From the IMG/VR virus record IMGVR_UViG_3300033463_000056, positions 1-64,000 of that record: a DNA stretch of 64,000 nucleotides; one strand, given 5' to 3'. This DNA is from a virus (lineage: Duplodnaviria; Caudoviricetes). The translations under genes and the position numbers were made by a program. The notes beneath the pieces are model-generated. The model ran no database searches and was not told the DNA's origin. It was given only the letters and a program-made list of their open reading frames with translations. Positions 46,770 through 55,649 of this stretch are shown in pieces (position 1 is the stretch's first letter; each line of letters opens with the position of its first letter).

Positions 46770-47163
46770 GGTCGCTCCAGATAATCGGAATACCCTTTCC
46801 ATTGCAGTCTGCAAGGAACCTGTCAAATACTATCCCGTCGTAGCCGTCTTTGTCGTCAATAGTATCCTTGACATAAATGAGAGCGTGCATCTCATCAACC
46901 ACAGAGCTGCCGAGATAATCGCTAACGCACATGTGAAACGAAAATACCGCATCGTAACCTTTGTCATTTTTCAATTCAATCCCTCTGGAACGAAACAAAG
47001 AATCAATTTGCTCCTTTGAACGCATAGGCACTTTGTTCCCATTCATATCTCTCATGTTCGAAACAGCCCATTCGCACATCTTGCGAGAAAAATGATGTCC
47101 GTAGTTCGAGAGATATGCATCCATTCCTTCCGGAAGAATATCGTAGTAATCCATTCTTGTCAT
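46762..47163 (-). CDS. Conserved Bacteroidales-phage hypothetical protein
   Basis: YLSNYGHHFSRKMCEWAVS...DDKDGYDG..FDRFLAD. Confidence 0.75.
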   Translation of the reverse strand: MTRMDYYDILPEGMDAYLSNYGHHFSRKMCEWAVSNMRDMNGNKVPMRSKEQIDSLFRSRGIELKNDKGYDAVFSFHMCVSDYLGSSVVDEMHALIYVKDTIDDKDGYDGIVFDRFLADCNGKGIPIIWSDLI

Positions 47164-47177
47164 AGCAATAAAGATTA

Positions 47178-47197
47178 GGGGCGAGTTTCCCCGCCCC
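47178..47197 (-). terminator. GC hairpin, weak terminator
   Basis: GGGGCGGG-GAAA-CTCGCCCC, same stem as the hairpin at 25553-25576. Confidence 0.45.
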
Positions 47198-47203
47198 AGT
47201 TAA

Positions 47204-47410
47204 TTACATACGACGACGATAAGACTTGCGTTCACGAGGTTCATCCCACTCTTCGCGGTCATCGCGCTCGTCATAGCTGTACTTATCTTCCATTTCCTCG
47301 GACAGTTCGCAGAGCATCTCGATGCCTTTCTTCGCCATCTTCAGGGCTTTCTTGTATTCGTAGAGATCATCGCCTCCACGCTTCATGATATGTACAATAC
47401 CCATAGCCAA
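47204..47410 (-). CDS. Small charged hypothetical protein
   Basis: 68-aa ORF in operon; acidic/Arg-rich tail. Confidence 0.65.
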   Translation of the reverse strand: MAMGIVHIMKRGGDDLYEYKKALKMAKKGIEMLCELSEEMEDKYSYDERDDREEWDEPRERKSYRRRM

Positions 47411-47415
47411 TCCTC

Positions 47416-48219
47416 CTAACCGTTAGAAGTTGTAGAAGCGGAAGAAGTGCGGGTCAGTGCAGTCACCTGACTGAACAGCGGAGCAAGATACGCTTCGAGC
47501 TGCGCAGTCTGTGCGGCGTTGTCAGCCTGATTGCGGAGCTGAGTGATGATATCGCCCTGCGTGTTAATCTTGTCCTGCATATCGCGCTCGCGTGCAGCAC
47601 AGAACTCAGAGATGGTAGTGGTCTTCAGGTCTGCGATAGCGTCCACGATACGCTGGTTACCAGAAGTGATAGCGCCGGTCAGAGCATTGGTCTGCTCGAT
47701 AGTACGAATCTGATTCTGATAACCCTGTTCGGTGACAAGCTGTTTCATAGAGCAGCAGCATTCACACAATTTACTCTGCATAGCTGCGTTTCCGCTTTCG
47801 ATAGCATTTACAATCTGCAGGGAAGACATACCGGTCTGGGTGGAAAGATTCGCGATACCGTCACGGATACCCTGGACACCAGCATTGACGAGATTGAAGT
47901 CCTGACCAAGCATGGTAGCAAGATTCTGAACAGCAGAACGGGAAGCTTCGCCGTTGGAGTTGATAGCAGCCATCAGAAGGTCACGACCATTGTCATTGTT
48001 GATCTGGTTGGAAAGGAAACCGGCACCACCGGCGTTACCTCCGCCGAAGCCGCCATAACCTCCCCAGCCATTGCCGAAGAACAGACCGAGAAGGAATCCG
48101 AGGACACCTCCACCGAGTCCACCCCAGTTACCACCGAAGCCGCCATTGTTCATAGCAGCCATCCAAGCGGGAACAGTCCCGCCGTTGTTTTCTGGATAGA
48201 AAAAAGTTTCGTTAGCCAT
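47416..48219 (-). CDS. Gly-rich, CCC-motif coiled-coil protein common in Bacteroidales phages
   Basis: GGFGGNWGG-hydrophobic-NGWGG segment, LCECCC, QGYQNQI; strong codon bias. Confidence 0.75.
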   Translation of the reverse strand: MANETFFYPENNGGTVPAWMAAMNNGGFGGNWGGLGGGVLGFLLGLFFGNGWGGYGGFGGGNAGGAGFLSNQINNDNGRDLLMAAINSNGEASRSAVQNLATMLGQDFNLVNAGVQGIRDGIANLSTQTGMSSLQIVNAIESGNAAMQSKLCECCCSMKQLVTEQGYQNQIRTIEQTNALTGAITSGNQRIVDAIADLKTTTISEFCAARERDMQDKINTQGDIITQLRNQADNAAQTAQLEAYLAPLFSQVTALTRTSSASTTSNG

Positions 48220-48273
48220 TTTGCTTTAGTTTTTTGCAGTTAATTACTTTAGTGTTTCGTTGCGCAACTACTG

Positions 48274-48281
48274 CAAAATTA
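48274..48281 (-). promoter_or_regulatory. Bacteroidetes-type -7 box
   Basis: Sense TAATTTTG upstream of 48219. Confidence 0.45.
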
Positions 48282-48312
48282 TAATGGCTTGCTCATAAAA
48301 GACAATAATGCT

Positions 48313-48346
48313 AAAGCCCCTGCAAGTCATTGGCTTACAGAGGCTT
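48313..48346 (-). terminator. Terminator-like hairpin
   Basis: AAGCCTCTGTAAG...CTTGCAGGGGCTTT after the HTH gene stop. Confidence 0.55.
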
Positions 48347-48362
48347 ATAATAGCATCGAGTT

Positions 48363-48641
48363 TTATAACTTCTTTAAATCTTTCTTATACCAGCGAAGCT
48401 CCTTAAAGCCTGGCACCTTCTTCCCCTTTGGTATCTTTCCTTCCCGTACAAGATTATCGAATTTCGCTCGGCTAATACCGAGATATGTATATGCCTGATA
48501 CTTACTCATAGGCAAATCCCGCCTGGCGACTTCCTTCATCACCTTTGCAATATGCAATGCTTCTTCTTCGGTGAGATTGGAATTACCGGCATCAATATCA
48601 TCTACGATCCGAAGCAGGACTTCTTTCAACGCTTGCAGCAT
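48363..48641 (-). CDS. Excisionase/AlpA-like HTH DNA-binding protein
   Basis: MSKYQAYTYLGISRAKFDNLVREGKIPKG...LRW. Confidence 0.75.
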   Translation of the reverse strand: MLQALKEVLLRIVDDIDAGNSNLTEEEALHIAKVMKEVARRDLPMSKYQAYTYLGISRAKFDNLVREGKIPKGKKVPGFKELRWYKKDLKKL

Positions 48642-49048
48642 TTCTCTTTTCTATAATAATACAGCGCAAGGTATGCGAAGATACCAGATATAAGAAGATA
48701 AACCCCGAACATCGCCCTGTCACTGACCGGAATCCAGATATAATAATCAATAAGATTCAAAATATCGGTAACGAGAATATAATGAAGAAACATCCGATGG
48801 TATGCACAAAACTGAAACACATACGAAACAAGATAGAAAAAAGCGAGTGGGATAAACGAGACGCCACCGAACAATGAAAGGATATCGCATCTAAACCCAT
48901 AGAAGCTCAGACAAGTATTCAGTAGCGCACAAAATGCAAGGAGCATCGGAATTACTTTCAATGCCCCAAGCGTCAATTTATACCAGCTTTTACTTACAGA
49001 TTTTTCCACCTTTTCCAAGCCTGTTGCCATCAACACGGAATCCGGCAC
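48626..49048 (-). CDS. Four-TM membrane protein (true start possibly GTG at 49009)
   Basis: Hydrophobic helices; SYVFQFCAYHRMFLHYI motif. Confidence 0.7.
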   Translation of the reverse strand: MPDSVLMATGLEKVEKSVSKSWYKLTLGALKVIPMLLAFCALLNTCLSFYGFRCDILSLFGGVSFIPLAFFYLVSYVFQFCAYHRMFLHYILVTDILNLIDYYIWIPVSDRAMFGVYLLISGIFAYLALYYYRKEKCCKR

Positions 49049-49127
49049 GAGGAAATATCGTCTGGTTTCTCGTCACCTTCTTACTCACAGTGGTTTTCTG
49101 TTTCGGTTTCTGTTTCTTTTCCGCCAT
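48990..49127 (-). CDS. 45-aa very basic peptide ending in GKGGKI (not in ORF track)
   Basis: MAEKKQKPKQKTTVSKKVTRNQTIFPRAGFRVDGNRLGKGGKICK*; ATG 6 nt after the upstream stop. Confidence 0.55.
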   Translation of the reverse strand: MAEKKQKPKQKTTVSKKVTRNQTIFPRAGFRVDGNRLGKGGKICK

Positions 49128-49133
49128 ATCATT

Positions 49134-49487
49134 TTAGTTTATATGCCATTCTGTATTGCTGTAAACATAATTCTCAACTTCGAAATCAGGATAAACCCAA
49201 AGGATTTCAGGTTCGATTTCGAGATAAGGCGTAGGAAGGATCTGACCACAGAAGTTGTCTATCTTGACGAAAATCGGAACATTGCAGCTGGATGCTTTCG
49301 CAAGGAGTTTCGCATACGCGAAGTCTATGTTCGCGTCAAGGCTTGATACAGGCTGGACAACAAGACGAATCCTCGTCCTGGTCTTCTTTACAATCGAATA
49401 ATCGACAGAAAGAGAACCGACACGCTCCACGCAGGTACATAATCCTCCGCTAATCAGTTCGACATCTGCGCGAAGACATCTCATCAC
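49134..49487 (-). CDS. Hypothetical (probable structural) protein
   Basis: C-terminal YLEIEPEILWV...VYSNTEWHIN resembles BACON-associated C-termini. Confidence 0.6.
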   Translation of the reverse strand: MMRCLRADVELISGGLCTCVERVGSLSVDYSIVKKTRTRIRLVVQPVSSLDANIDFAYAKLLAKASSCNVPIFVKIDNFCGQILPTPYLEIEPEILWVYPDFEVENYVYSNTEWHIN

Positions 49488-49798
49488 TTGACGGGTCTTA
49501 GCGGTCCGAGAGAAATAGATTCGACTTCCTTGCGATTATGGTCGGCGAAATCGTTGTCCGGTATATACGCCGTAATCACCATTCGCATTACGCCAGGCTT
49601 CAGATTCTCCGTGTTGACAAGAAGATAGTATTCGCCGTCGAGACCCTCCTTCATGTCACTTTTGTTAAAATGCAACGGAGGATTGTCTCCGCAATAGAAG
49701 TCTATCTCGTAATTGTCATCTTTCTGGCTAAACCCTTCAGCAGTCAGGGTTATCTTGAACTTCAAGTCTTCACCGACATAATATCTTCCTTCGTTCAT
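49484..49798 (-). CDS. Small beta-sandwich hypothetical protein
   Basis: YVGEDLKF...AYIPDNDF....RKEV; coupled to the next gene. Confidence 0.65.
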   Translation of the reverse strand: MNEGRYYVGEDLKFKITLTAEGFSQKDDNYEIDFYCGDNPPLHFNKSDMKEGLDGEYYLLVNTENLKPGVMRMVITAYIPDNDFADHNRKEVESISLGPLRPVK

Positions 49799-49804
49799 AG
49801 CGTA

Positions 49805-50095
49805 TTATTTTATAAACAGCAACGCGATGTTACCGATAATCCAGTAAAGCAGGTTATGATACCATCTCAATTCGTAGTTCAAGTCGCAGTCGGCGGTCTT
49901 GTCACGACGGATATGGAGGGAATAGGCCAATGTATGTGTGGCCCACTCCCTCTTGATTGAACCCTCGCTCCGATGCCAAAGGCGACAAGTCGGATGCAAG
50001 GCGCGTATCGAACTCAACTCCCGCGAATACTTTGCCTTGGGAATGAGGTAGGAATCGATAATCTTTACCCTATCTCCGAGAATCTTGTATCTCAT
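49805..50095 (-). CDS. Hypothetical protein
   Basis: 96-aa ORF in operon; REWATH motif. Confidence 0.6.
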   Translation of the reverse strand: MRYKILGDRVKIIDSYLIPKAKYSRELSSIRALHPTCRLWHRSEGSIKREWATHTLAYSLHIRRDKTADCDLNYELRWYHNLLYWIIGNIALLFIK

Positions 50096-50478
50096 GCCAC
50101 AAGCAAGTCAAGTAGGTAGAATATTACAAGGCACAATGCGAAGAACCCGACATAGATGCCGACATACTTGAAGACTTTCTTCCAAGTCACATGTTCCTTG
50201 ATGTAGCGGAAATCATCCTTGATGCCCTCCACGAACCACCGTTTGCCATACTTGTCTTTGTAATCGTCAACCCAATGGTAGGCAATCTGTCCGAGCGAGA
50301 AGGTAAACACCTCCAGAATGACGGTCACGAACGCCCATCCGAAGATGCACTTCATTACATGACCGAAAACGCTCATCCCTGCCTCAATGGGGGAATAGAT
50401 GCCGACGAACACGAAAACGATGGCAGACACTACTGCGGTCAACGCAAAGGCCCGCTTCATAAATTTGAACTTGTCCAT
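50092..50478 (-). CDS. Three-TM membrane protein
   Basis: Three hydrophobic segments. Confidence 0.65.
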   Translation of the reverse strand: MDKFKFMKRAFALTAVVSAIVFVFVGIYSPIEAGMSVFGHVMKCIFGWAFVTVILEVFTFSLGQIAYHWVDDYKDKYGKRWFVEGIKDDFRYIKEHVTWKKVFKYVGIYVGFFALCLVIFYLLDLLVA

Positions 50479-50503
50479 AGTAGTATTGTTTTAGTTTTTT
50501 TCA

Positions 50504-51256
50504 TTAAGTTGGTATCGTCCCGTCCTCGTTCAGTTCGTATATCTTACTTGCATAGTCGCTCCATTTTGCCGTCGATTTGTATGCCGCTAAAATAGAGTGG
50601 TCGGAGGAATATGGGACATATATCTTTTTCTTCCCGCTACCACTCCCCGCGAATGTATTTGTTGCCGGAAGATTTGGCGGTGATGTCCGTCTAACGACGA
50701 CATTCCCAAGGTTGGACGTATCGTAGAATGATGCATTTGCGATGCTCGTCACCTTGCTGGGGATTTCAATGGAGATAAGCGCCGAGCATTGGCGGAAGGT
50801 GCTGTCGTTTATCGTCGTAAGGTTTGGAGGAAGGGTTATGCTCCGCAAGGCCGTACAGCCCCGGAACGGGGAGTTGGGGAGCGTCTTTACGCCCGTGAAA
50901 TATACAAATTCATCAAACGACGTTATTGCCGTGTTATAGCGGAAATTAGTCCCGATCGAAGTGACTGCGGCAGCCTGGCTTGGTTTCAGCCCGATCCCGT
51001 CACCCCACTTTGTCGCACATATCTGCTCGACGGTGGCGTCTGCGAACACAATGTACGGTTCCGGCACCCCTTCCTGATTCACCGTCAATTGGCGTATTAT
51101 ACTCCCCGTTGCGAACGTAACAACCTTTGTCCGGGTTGTGTAACCCGTGTTTGCATCGGAGGTGACGGCCACGGTCTGGTCGCCCTCCGATGCGTTGCGG
51201 GTGAGGTAGATGTTGTCTCCGGACCCGTCCCCCCAGGGTATGGTCGTAACAGCCAT
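50504..51256 (-). CDS. BACON-like N-terminus plus BspA-type leucine-rich repeat protein
   Basis: VTSDANTG...RT...LTVNQEG; ITSFDEFVYFTG; FRGCTALRSITLP and FRQCSALISIEIP repeats. Confidence 0.8.
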   Translation of the reverse strand: MAVTTIPWGDGSGDNIYLTRNASEGDQTVAVTSDANTGYTTRTKVVTFATGSIIRQLTVNQEGVPEPYIVFADATVEQICATKWGDGIGLKPSQAAAVTSIGTNFRYNTAITSFDEFVYFTGVKTLPNSPFRGCTALRSITLPPNLTTINDSTFRQCSALISIEIPSKVTSIANASFYDTSNLGNVVVRRTSPPNLPATNTFAGSGSGKKKIYVPYSSDHSILAAYKSTAKWSDYASKIYELNEDGTIPT

Positions 51257-51562
51257 TTAGGAGATCGTCCAGTTGGTGTTGGAGGAGACGGAGACACTTT
51301 GAGCCGGAGTACCAGCAGCAGGAATCGTGATAGTGGTCGGGCTGATGGTGAGGTAAGCGTCGCCAGCGGCTTGGGTAATCGCGCAAACGACGGCATCGGA
51401 ACTACCGCTATTCGGCGTAACCGTCAATTGGCTTGTCTTGGAAGAAATCGTTGTATTCTCGGCTATGTTCGAGAACGTGATAGAGAATGTGTATTGTTGG
51501 GTAGCGCCGGGGTCTCCCGTAATGGCCGAGCCGATGTAGGTGATGATTTCTCCTATTTCCAT
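51257..51562 (-). pseudogene. C-terminal half of a split BACON/Ig-like structural gene, fused to a foreign 10-aa start
   Basis: AITGDPGA...ITQAAGDAYLTISP...VSSNTNWTIS is a typical C-terminal half; MEIGEIITYI looks unrelated; a matching N-terminus lies at 55534-55605. Confidence 0.6.
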
Positions 51563-51580
51563 GGTATTTGTTCTTTATGT

Positions 51581-51598
51581 GGGGGCCCGGAGGCCCCC
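51581..51598. repeat. Perfect GC hairpin without a T-tract
   Basis: GGGGGCC-CGGA-GGCCCCC. Confidence 0.7.
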
Positions 51599-51614
51599 TG
51601 GTCCTGATCTGCTA

Positions 51615-51831
51615 AGTCAGTCAATTAGGGCCGAAAGTGGGTTACTTCTTCGTGGTTGTATAAGTTGGCGTGGAAAGTGGCTTGAACATCTTACAATGCG
51701 TTCCACAATTCCGTATATCACACCCGGCAAGGCAACCCTTTTCGTAGTCATACGGGATGCCGTTGTTATCCGTTACCACCCTTCCGAAGAAGTGTTTGCA
51801 GTTTATCATAGTCATTCAATTAGGGCCGAAA
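51615..51831. repeat. 22-bp direct repeat pair (one mismatch)
   Basis: AGTCAGTCAATTAGGGCCGAAA (51615-51636) and AGTCATTCAATTAGGGCCGAAA (51810-51831). Confidence 0.9.
51642..51815 (-). CDS. 57-aa Cys-rich peptide bracketed by the direct repeats (not in ORF track)
   Basis: MTMINCKHFFGRVVTDNNGIPYDYEKGCLAGCDIRNCGTHCKMFKPLSTPTYTTTKK*; fills the inter-repeat space almost exactly. Confidence 0.55.
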   Translation of the reverse strand: MTMINCKHFFGRVVTDNNGIPYDYEKGCLAGCDIRNCGTHCKMFKPLSTPTYTTTKK

Positions 51832-51840
51832 TTGATTGAG

Positions 51841-53283
51841 TTATGCCATTACGGAATCCATATAGGCGATTCTCTGCGTCACCCAATCGGCGATGATGGC
51901 GATTGAATCTATATCTCGGTTATCACCGATATATCCGGGGCAATCCGGCCACCTGGAGGCGTTCCGTTTATAGGCATCAAAACCTACCCACTTCGCCCAT
52001 TCATCAAACAGGCCGATGATGTTCTCCGGGGTGAAGATACCGATGGACTGCAACTCCTTGTACCGAGCCTTGATTTCATCCGCATAGATGCTTTCAAGTG
52101 CGACAAACCACGGCATAGACCGGGCCTTCTGGTTGTAGGTGTTGCTTGTTGGCGGATAGTACGGGGTGTAAATGCCGGAAGTCTTTCCACCGAATCCGTT
52201 GAACGAGTTGTTCATATCGTACACCATAGGCGAGAAATGAATCCCGTCCCAAGTGCCGTACAGGGTGTTTCTTGACCACGAATCCCACACATTACATACA
52301 TACATCATAAGATAGCAGTCAATGAAATCCTGGATGTTCAGCAACCCTTCAATGGTAGATTTCGGAGTGGATGCGGTGATGCCCCACAGGGCGGTCTCCC
52401 AATTCACGATGGCGGTCTTGACCGGGCCATCATTCGGCTCTACACCCTCCGGGAATGACGGGTTTCCACTATCGGATTTCGGGTTGCGGATTTCAACACC
52501 CGTCCAGGAGAACGCACCACTATTGGAAAACCAATTCTGTGCGTCAAGGAAGATGTGGTCGGTGTCGCTCTTGTTGAACTGATAATTGTCGCGGTGTTTC
52601 TTCAACCGCCACACATACAACCCCCAATAGACACCGTTGATGTAGAGTTCAATGGGGAAACCGTCCACCCGGCACAATGCGTTTCCTCCGAAGAATCCCC
52701 GGTAGTTGCCTCCGAAATCGTTGTGGAACAGGAACGGTCTTTCCTCCGTTGCCTTGCGTGTCATATAAATCTGCTCCATCATTTGGTTGCAGACCCAATC
52801 CCGGCACTTGATGAAGTCCTCATAAAATGCCTTGAGATGGAACGAATCAAACTCCAACCACTTGCCGAACTTGTGCTTGTTGGCGGTGTCAATGCCGAAG
52901 TTCTTTTGTGCATCGGCGAGAGATGTATTGCCTTGATAGTTGATTTCTATCCTGTCCGTGAAGTTGATGGACTGCGATGAAAATTCAAGGATTACATCGT
53001 CCGTGTCCACACTACCAACAGGGTCTCCTGCTGCGTATGGGTTTGTGGTGTAGGTCAATGGGGCAACCGTGTTGTTGGTTGCGTCCGGGGTCAGCAGTTC
53101 CGAAACGATGTTCACCTTCGGGACATCGGTTGGAAGTCCGAAGTCCATCGCCCTCCGGGTTGTCCCCGACCCGACCCCGGCAAGGATTTCTTCAAGAGTT
53201 CTTCCGTTCCCGTCAATGACGGCCTTCGTGGAAGTCCTCGGATATACGGGATTCTCGTTCCCGTCTTGGTATTGTACTATCAT
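51841..53283 (-). CDS. CotH-family atypical kinase with a fibre-anchor-like N-terminus
   Basis: QGNTS....QKNF, DGFPIELYINGVYWGLY, DSWSRN, PMVYDMNNSF, WVTQRIAYMD. Confidence 0.8.
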   Translation of the reverse strand: MIVQYQDGNENPVYPRTSTKAVIDGNGRTLEEILAGVGSGTTRRAMDFGLPTDVPKVNIVSELLTPDATNNTVAPLTYTTNPYAAGDPVGSVDTDDVILEFSSQSINFTDRIEINYQGNTSLADAQKNFGIDTANKHKFGKWLEFDSFHLKAFYEDFIKCRDWVCNQMMEQIYMTRKATEERPFLFHNDFGGNYRGFFGGNALCRVDGFPIELYINGVYWGLYVWRLKKHRDNYQFNKSDTDHIFLDAQNWFSNSGAFSWTGVEIRNPKSDSGNPSFPEGVEPNDGPVKTAIVNWETALWGITASTPKSTIEGLLNIQDFIDCYLMMYVCNVWDSWSRNTLYGTWDGIHFSPMVYDMNNSFNGFGGKTSGIYTPYYPPTSNTYNQKARSMPWFVALESIYADEIKARYKELQSIGIFTPENIIGLFDEWAKWVGFDAYKRNASRWPDCPGYIGDNRDIDSIAIIADWVTQRIAYMDSVMA

Positions 53284-53286
53284 AGT

Positions 53287-54306
53287 TTACGCAATTACAC
53301 TGAATGAACCAAGCCCGTCTGCGTGGGAGTTCCCGTAGAACTTTTGTCCCACCTTGTCCCAAAGGCCGTTCTCCCCGGCAAGGTGTGCATTACCGTCCCA
53401 AGCAGAAGTCCCAGGAATGTCGGAAACGAGAGTGCAGGGAACGAGTTTCATAACCGTCTCACTACCTACAATGATTTCATATCCATGGAGTGTCATGTTT
53501 AGGGCAAGATAGCCTGCAGCACTTCCTCCTGCAAATAGGTGGATTGGCCTATCCGGGTCAGTTGCGTAGAAAGTCCCAAAATCATAAGGGAAGAAAATAG
53601 ATTCGTCCCTGTCGGTTACGAAACCGGACATCGAAATTTCTTGTTTATATCTAACTCCGGTTGTCAGTTGGGTTGTTGATGCTGCACCGACACCCGTGTC
53701 TGATGTTGTATCGCTACCGCCAAAACGAACTGCCTGTTTTGGCGTTGCTGCGGTTGTTACGATGGTGAGCATGTGCCTCGTTGTAGGATAGGACTCTCCA
53801 CGATATGAGCCCCAAATATAACGATAAGTCGGGGTGGCAGTCGCAGTCGGGAGGGTATTGACAACATAGTCATACTTGATTTTCGTGTTACGATTGCTCA
53901 CAACATACCCGGTGTTGATTCTCGCCACACCATCGCCGACAAGTCCGGACTTTTCCTCATACACCATTCCATAGGAAACGGTTACCGTCTTTTCTGCATA
54001 GATATTGCTATCTGCTGTGGAAGTGGCACGAATGACAACAGAATTTGAAAATGCCCCGACAAGAGGGGAAAGTTCCCCGGTTTCCGCATTGATTGATGCG
54101 TATGTGCCGCCGGAAACGATAGACCAAACGATGCCCCGTTGCGAAGTGTTCGCAGGGAAATAGTTCACCTGGTAATAGGACGGCTCGGTGATTGAGTCCT
54201 CCCCGATTATAGTGATGGAACGGACGGGAACACCGTCTTGAAGTGTTACCTTTCCAAGATTTGCATCTTGAAAACTGACATTGGGAATAATAACTGCGAT
54301 ACCCAT
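53287..54306 (-). CDS. Fibre partner protein with a Big_2-like Ig domain and a lectin-like C-terminus
   Basis: PANTSQRGIVWSIVSG...ASIN Ig motif; MKLVPC...GLWDKVGQKFYGN C-terminus. Confidence 0.7.
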   Translation of the reverse strand: MGIAVIIPNVSFQDANLGKVTLQDGVPVRSITIIGEDSITEPSYYQVNYFPANTSQRGIVWSIVSGGTYASINAETGELSPLVGAFSNSVVIRATSTADSNIYAEKTVTVSYGMVYEEKSGLVGDGVARINTGYVVSNRNTKIKYDYVVNTLPTATATPTYRYIWGSYRGESYPTTRHMLTIVTTAATPKQAVRFGGSDTTSDTGVGAASTTQLTTGVRYKQEISMSGFVTDRDESIFFPYDFGTFYATDPDRPIHLFAGGSAAGYLALNMTLHGYEIIVGSETVMKLVPCTLVSDIPGTSAWDGNAHLAGENGLWDKVGQKFYGNSHADGLGSFSVIA

Positions 54307-54318
54307 AGTTGTATGATT

Positions 54319-55521
54319 TTATTCGTTGATAACTTCTGCCTTGAAGATGTTCTTCGCCCTCGCACCGTCATTGTCCACGATGAAACCGATATTGAGGTTT
54401 TCATCCACAACCGCGAATCCGTCCTCGTTGGTGTTCACGAAGGAATCTCCAAAGAATCCGGCCTCCAGGAGCGCCTGGACAAAGTGTGCAGACACCTTCG
54501 CCGCGTCAAATCCGTCTGCGGTATATTTCATCACCACATTCAGCAGTTCATCGGTAAGGAAGAATCCGTCCGGGACGGTGGCAGGAAGAAGCGCGGCCAT
54601 ATCGTCGTACACTTGATGGATTTTTCCCTCAAGCACGACACCCTGCTGGGCGGACAGTCCCTTGGTCGGATCGTTCGTCGTGAGGTTGTTGACGAGCTCG
54701 TAGGGATAGTCCACGGAGCTGCCCGTGTTGCCCTGCATACCCTGCGGGATCGTGACGTTCAGGACGGGGGCCTCCGGGATGCCAGTGATCGTCACCACGA
54801 CGGGCGTTCCAGGCTCGCCGGTGGTCACGGTGCCGACCGTGATGTTGGGAGTCGCACCCACCAGGCCTTTCGGGATGGACAGGTTCAGCACGGGAGCTTC
54901 CGGGGTGCCGGTCATGGAGGCGGCGGCAGGGGTGCTTGGATCTCCGGTTGTGACGGTGCCGATGGTAATGTCGGGAGTTTCACCTGTTTCCCCCTTCAAG
55001 GAAGCAAGCCATTGCTCTTCCGTACCCTCGTATCCTTCGTCAACTGCAACCTGGTATGCGGACTTTCCCTGCGGGCCGGTCTCGCCTTGGGGACCTGTCG
55101 CACCCGTCGCGCCCTGCGGACCTTGCGGGCCTTGCGGGCCAGTTGCACCCGTCGCGCCCGGCGCACCAGCAGTTCCATCGGCTCCCTTTAACCCGGAGAA
55201 ATTCAAATAAAGCGTATCATTTTCAATCTGCTGTGATGCCGAAGGTGTTCCGCTTGTGTTATCAACACTGATTTCAATATACGAAAACCCAGAACCAGGG
55301 ATTCCTTGCTGTCCTTGTTCACCACGCTCAAGAGAAAGAGCCCATATATTTGGATCCGTTCCGGGCCTCACGTTCTTATTCGGCTTCTTGGACACATACG
55401 AACATCCGTCGCCACCATCTTCAGTAGCATTCAGAACGAGGCATAAGGCGTCGTACTCCGTACCGTGAACATATTTTCCACACGGCGTAATAGCGACCTT
55501 GTATAATTTTGTATCAGTCAT
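54319..55521 (-). CDS. Collagen-like fibre protein, paralog B
   Basis: Gly-X-Y run, two TP.ITVGTVTTG...APVLN repeats, GNTGSSVDYPYELVNN motif. Confidence 0.8.
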   Translation of the reverse strand: MTDTKLYKVAITPCGKYVHGTEYDALCLVLNATEDGGDGCSYVSKKPNKNVRPGTDPNIWALSLERGEQGQQGIPGSGFSYIEISVDNTSGTPSASQQIENDTLYLNFSGLKGADGTAGAPGATGATGPQGPQGPQGATGATGPQGETGPQGKSAYQVAVDEGYEGTEEQWLASLKGETGETPDITIGTVTTGDPSTPAAASMTGTPEAPVLNLSIPKGLVGATPNITVGTVTTGEPGTPVVVTITGIPEAPVLNVTIPQGMQGNTGSSVDYPYELVNNLTTNDPTKGLSAQQGVVLEGKIHQVYDDMAALLPATVPDGFFLTDELLNVVMKYTADGFDAAKVSAHFVQALLEAGFFGDSFVNTNEDGFAVVDENLNIGFIVDNDGARAKNIFKAEVINE

Positions 55522-55533
55522 ATTACGAAATCG

Positions 55534-55605
55534 TTAAATATCCGGTACGGTATCGTTACCATTACCGCTCGTTTTGTTGGGATTTGCCCATGATGCGTAT
55601 GCCAT
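55534..55605 (-). pseudogene. Truncated N-terminus of the split BACON-like gene
   Basis: MAYASWANPNKTSGNGNDTV followed by foreign PDI*; W..P.KTSG.GN.TV is a BACON-type start. Confidence 0.6.
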
Positions 55606-55649
55606 ATGATATACTTTTGATTGTTATGCTAAAAGAATGACTTGACAAT

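Larger units (their letters stand above)
51533..55546 (-). mobile_element. About 4.0-kb horizontally acquired fibre/Ig/CotH cassette
   Basis: Splits a BACON-like gene; begins with an orphan 3' gene end (TGYLTIS*) paralogous to 58523-58545. Confidence 0.65.

Noticed and set aside
51615-51831. CRISPR mini-array
   Set aside because: Only two repeats, with a 173-nt interval containing an ORF, and no cas genes
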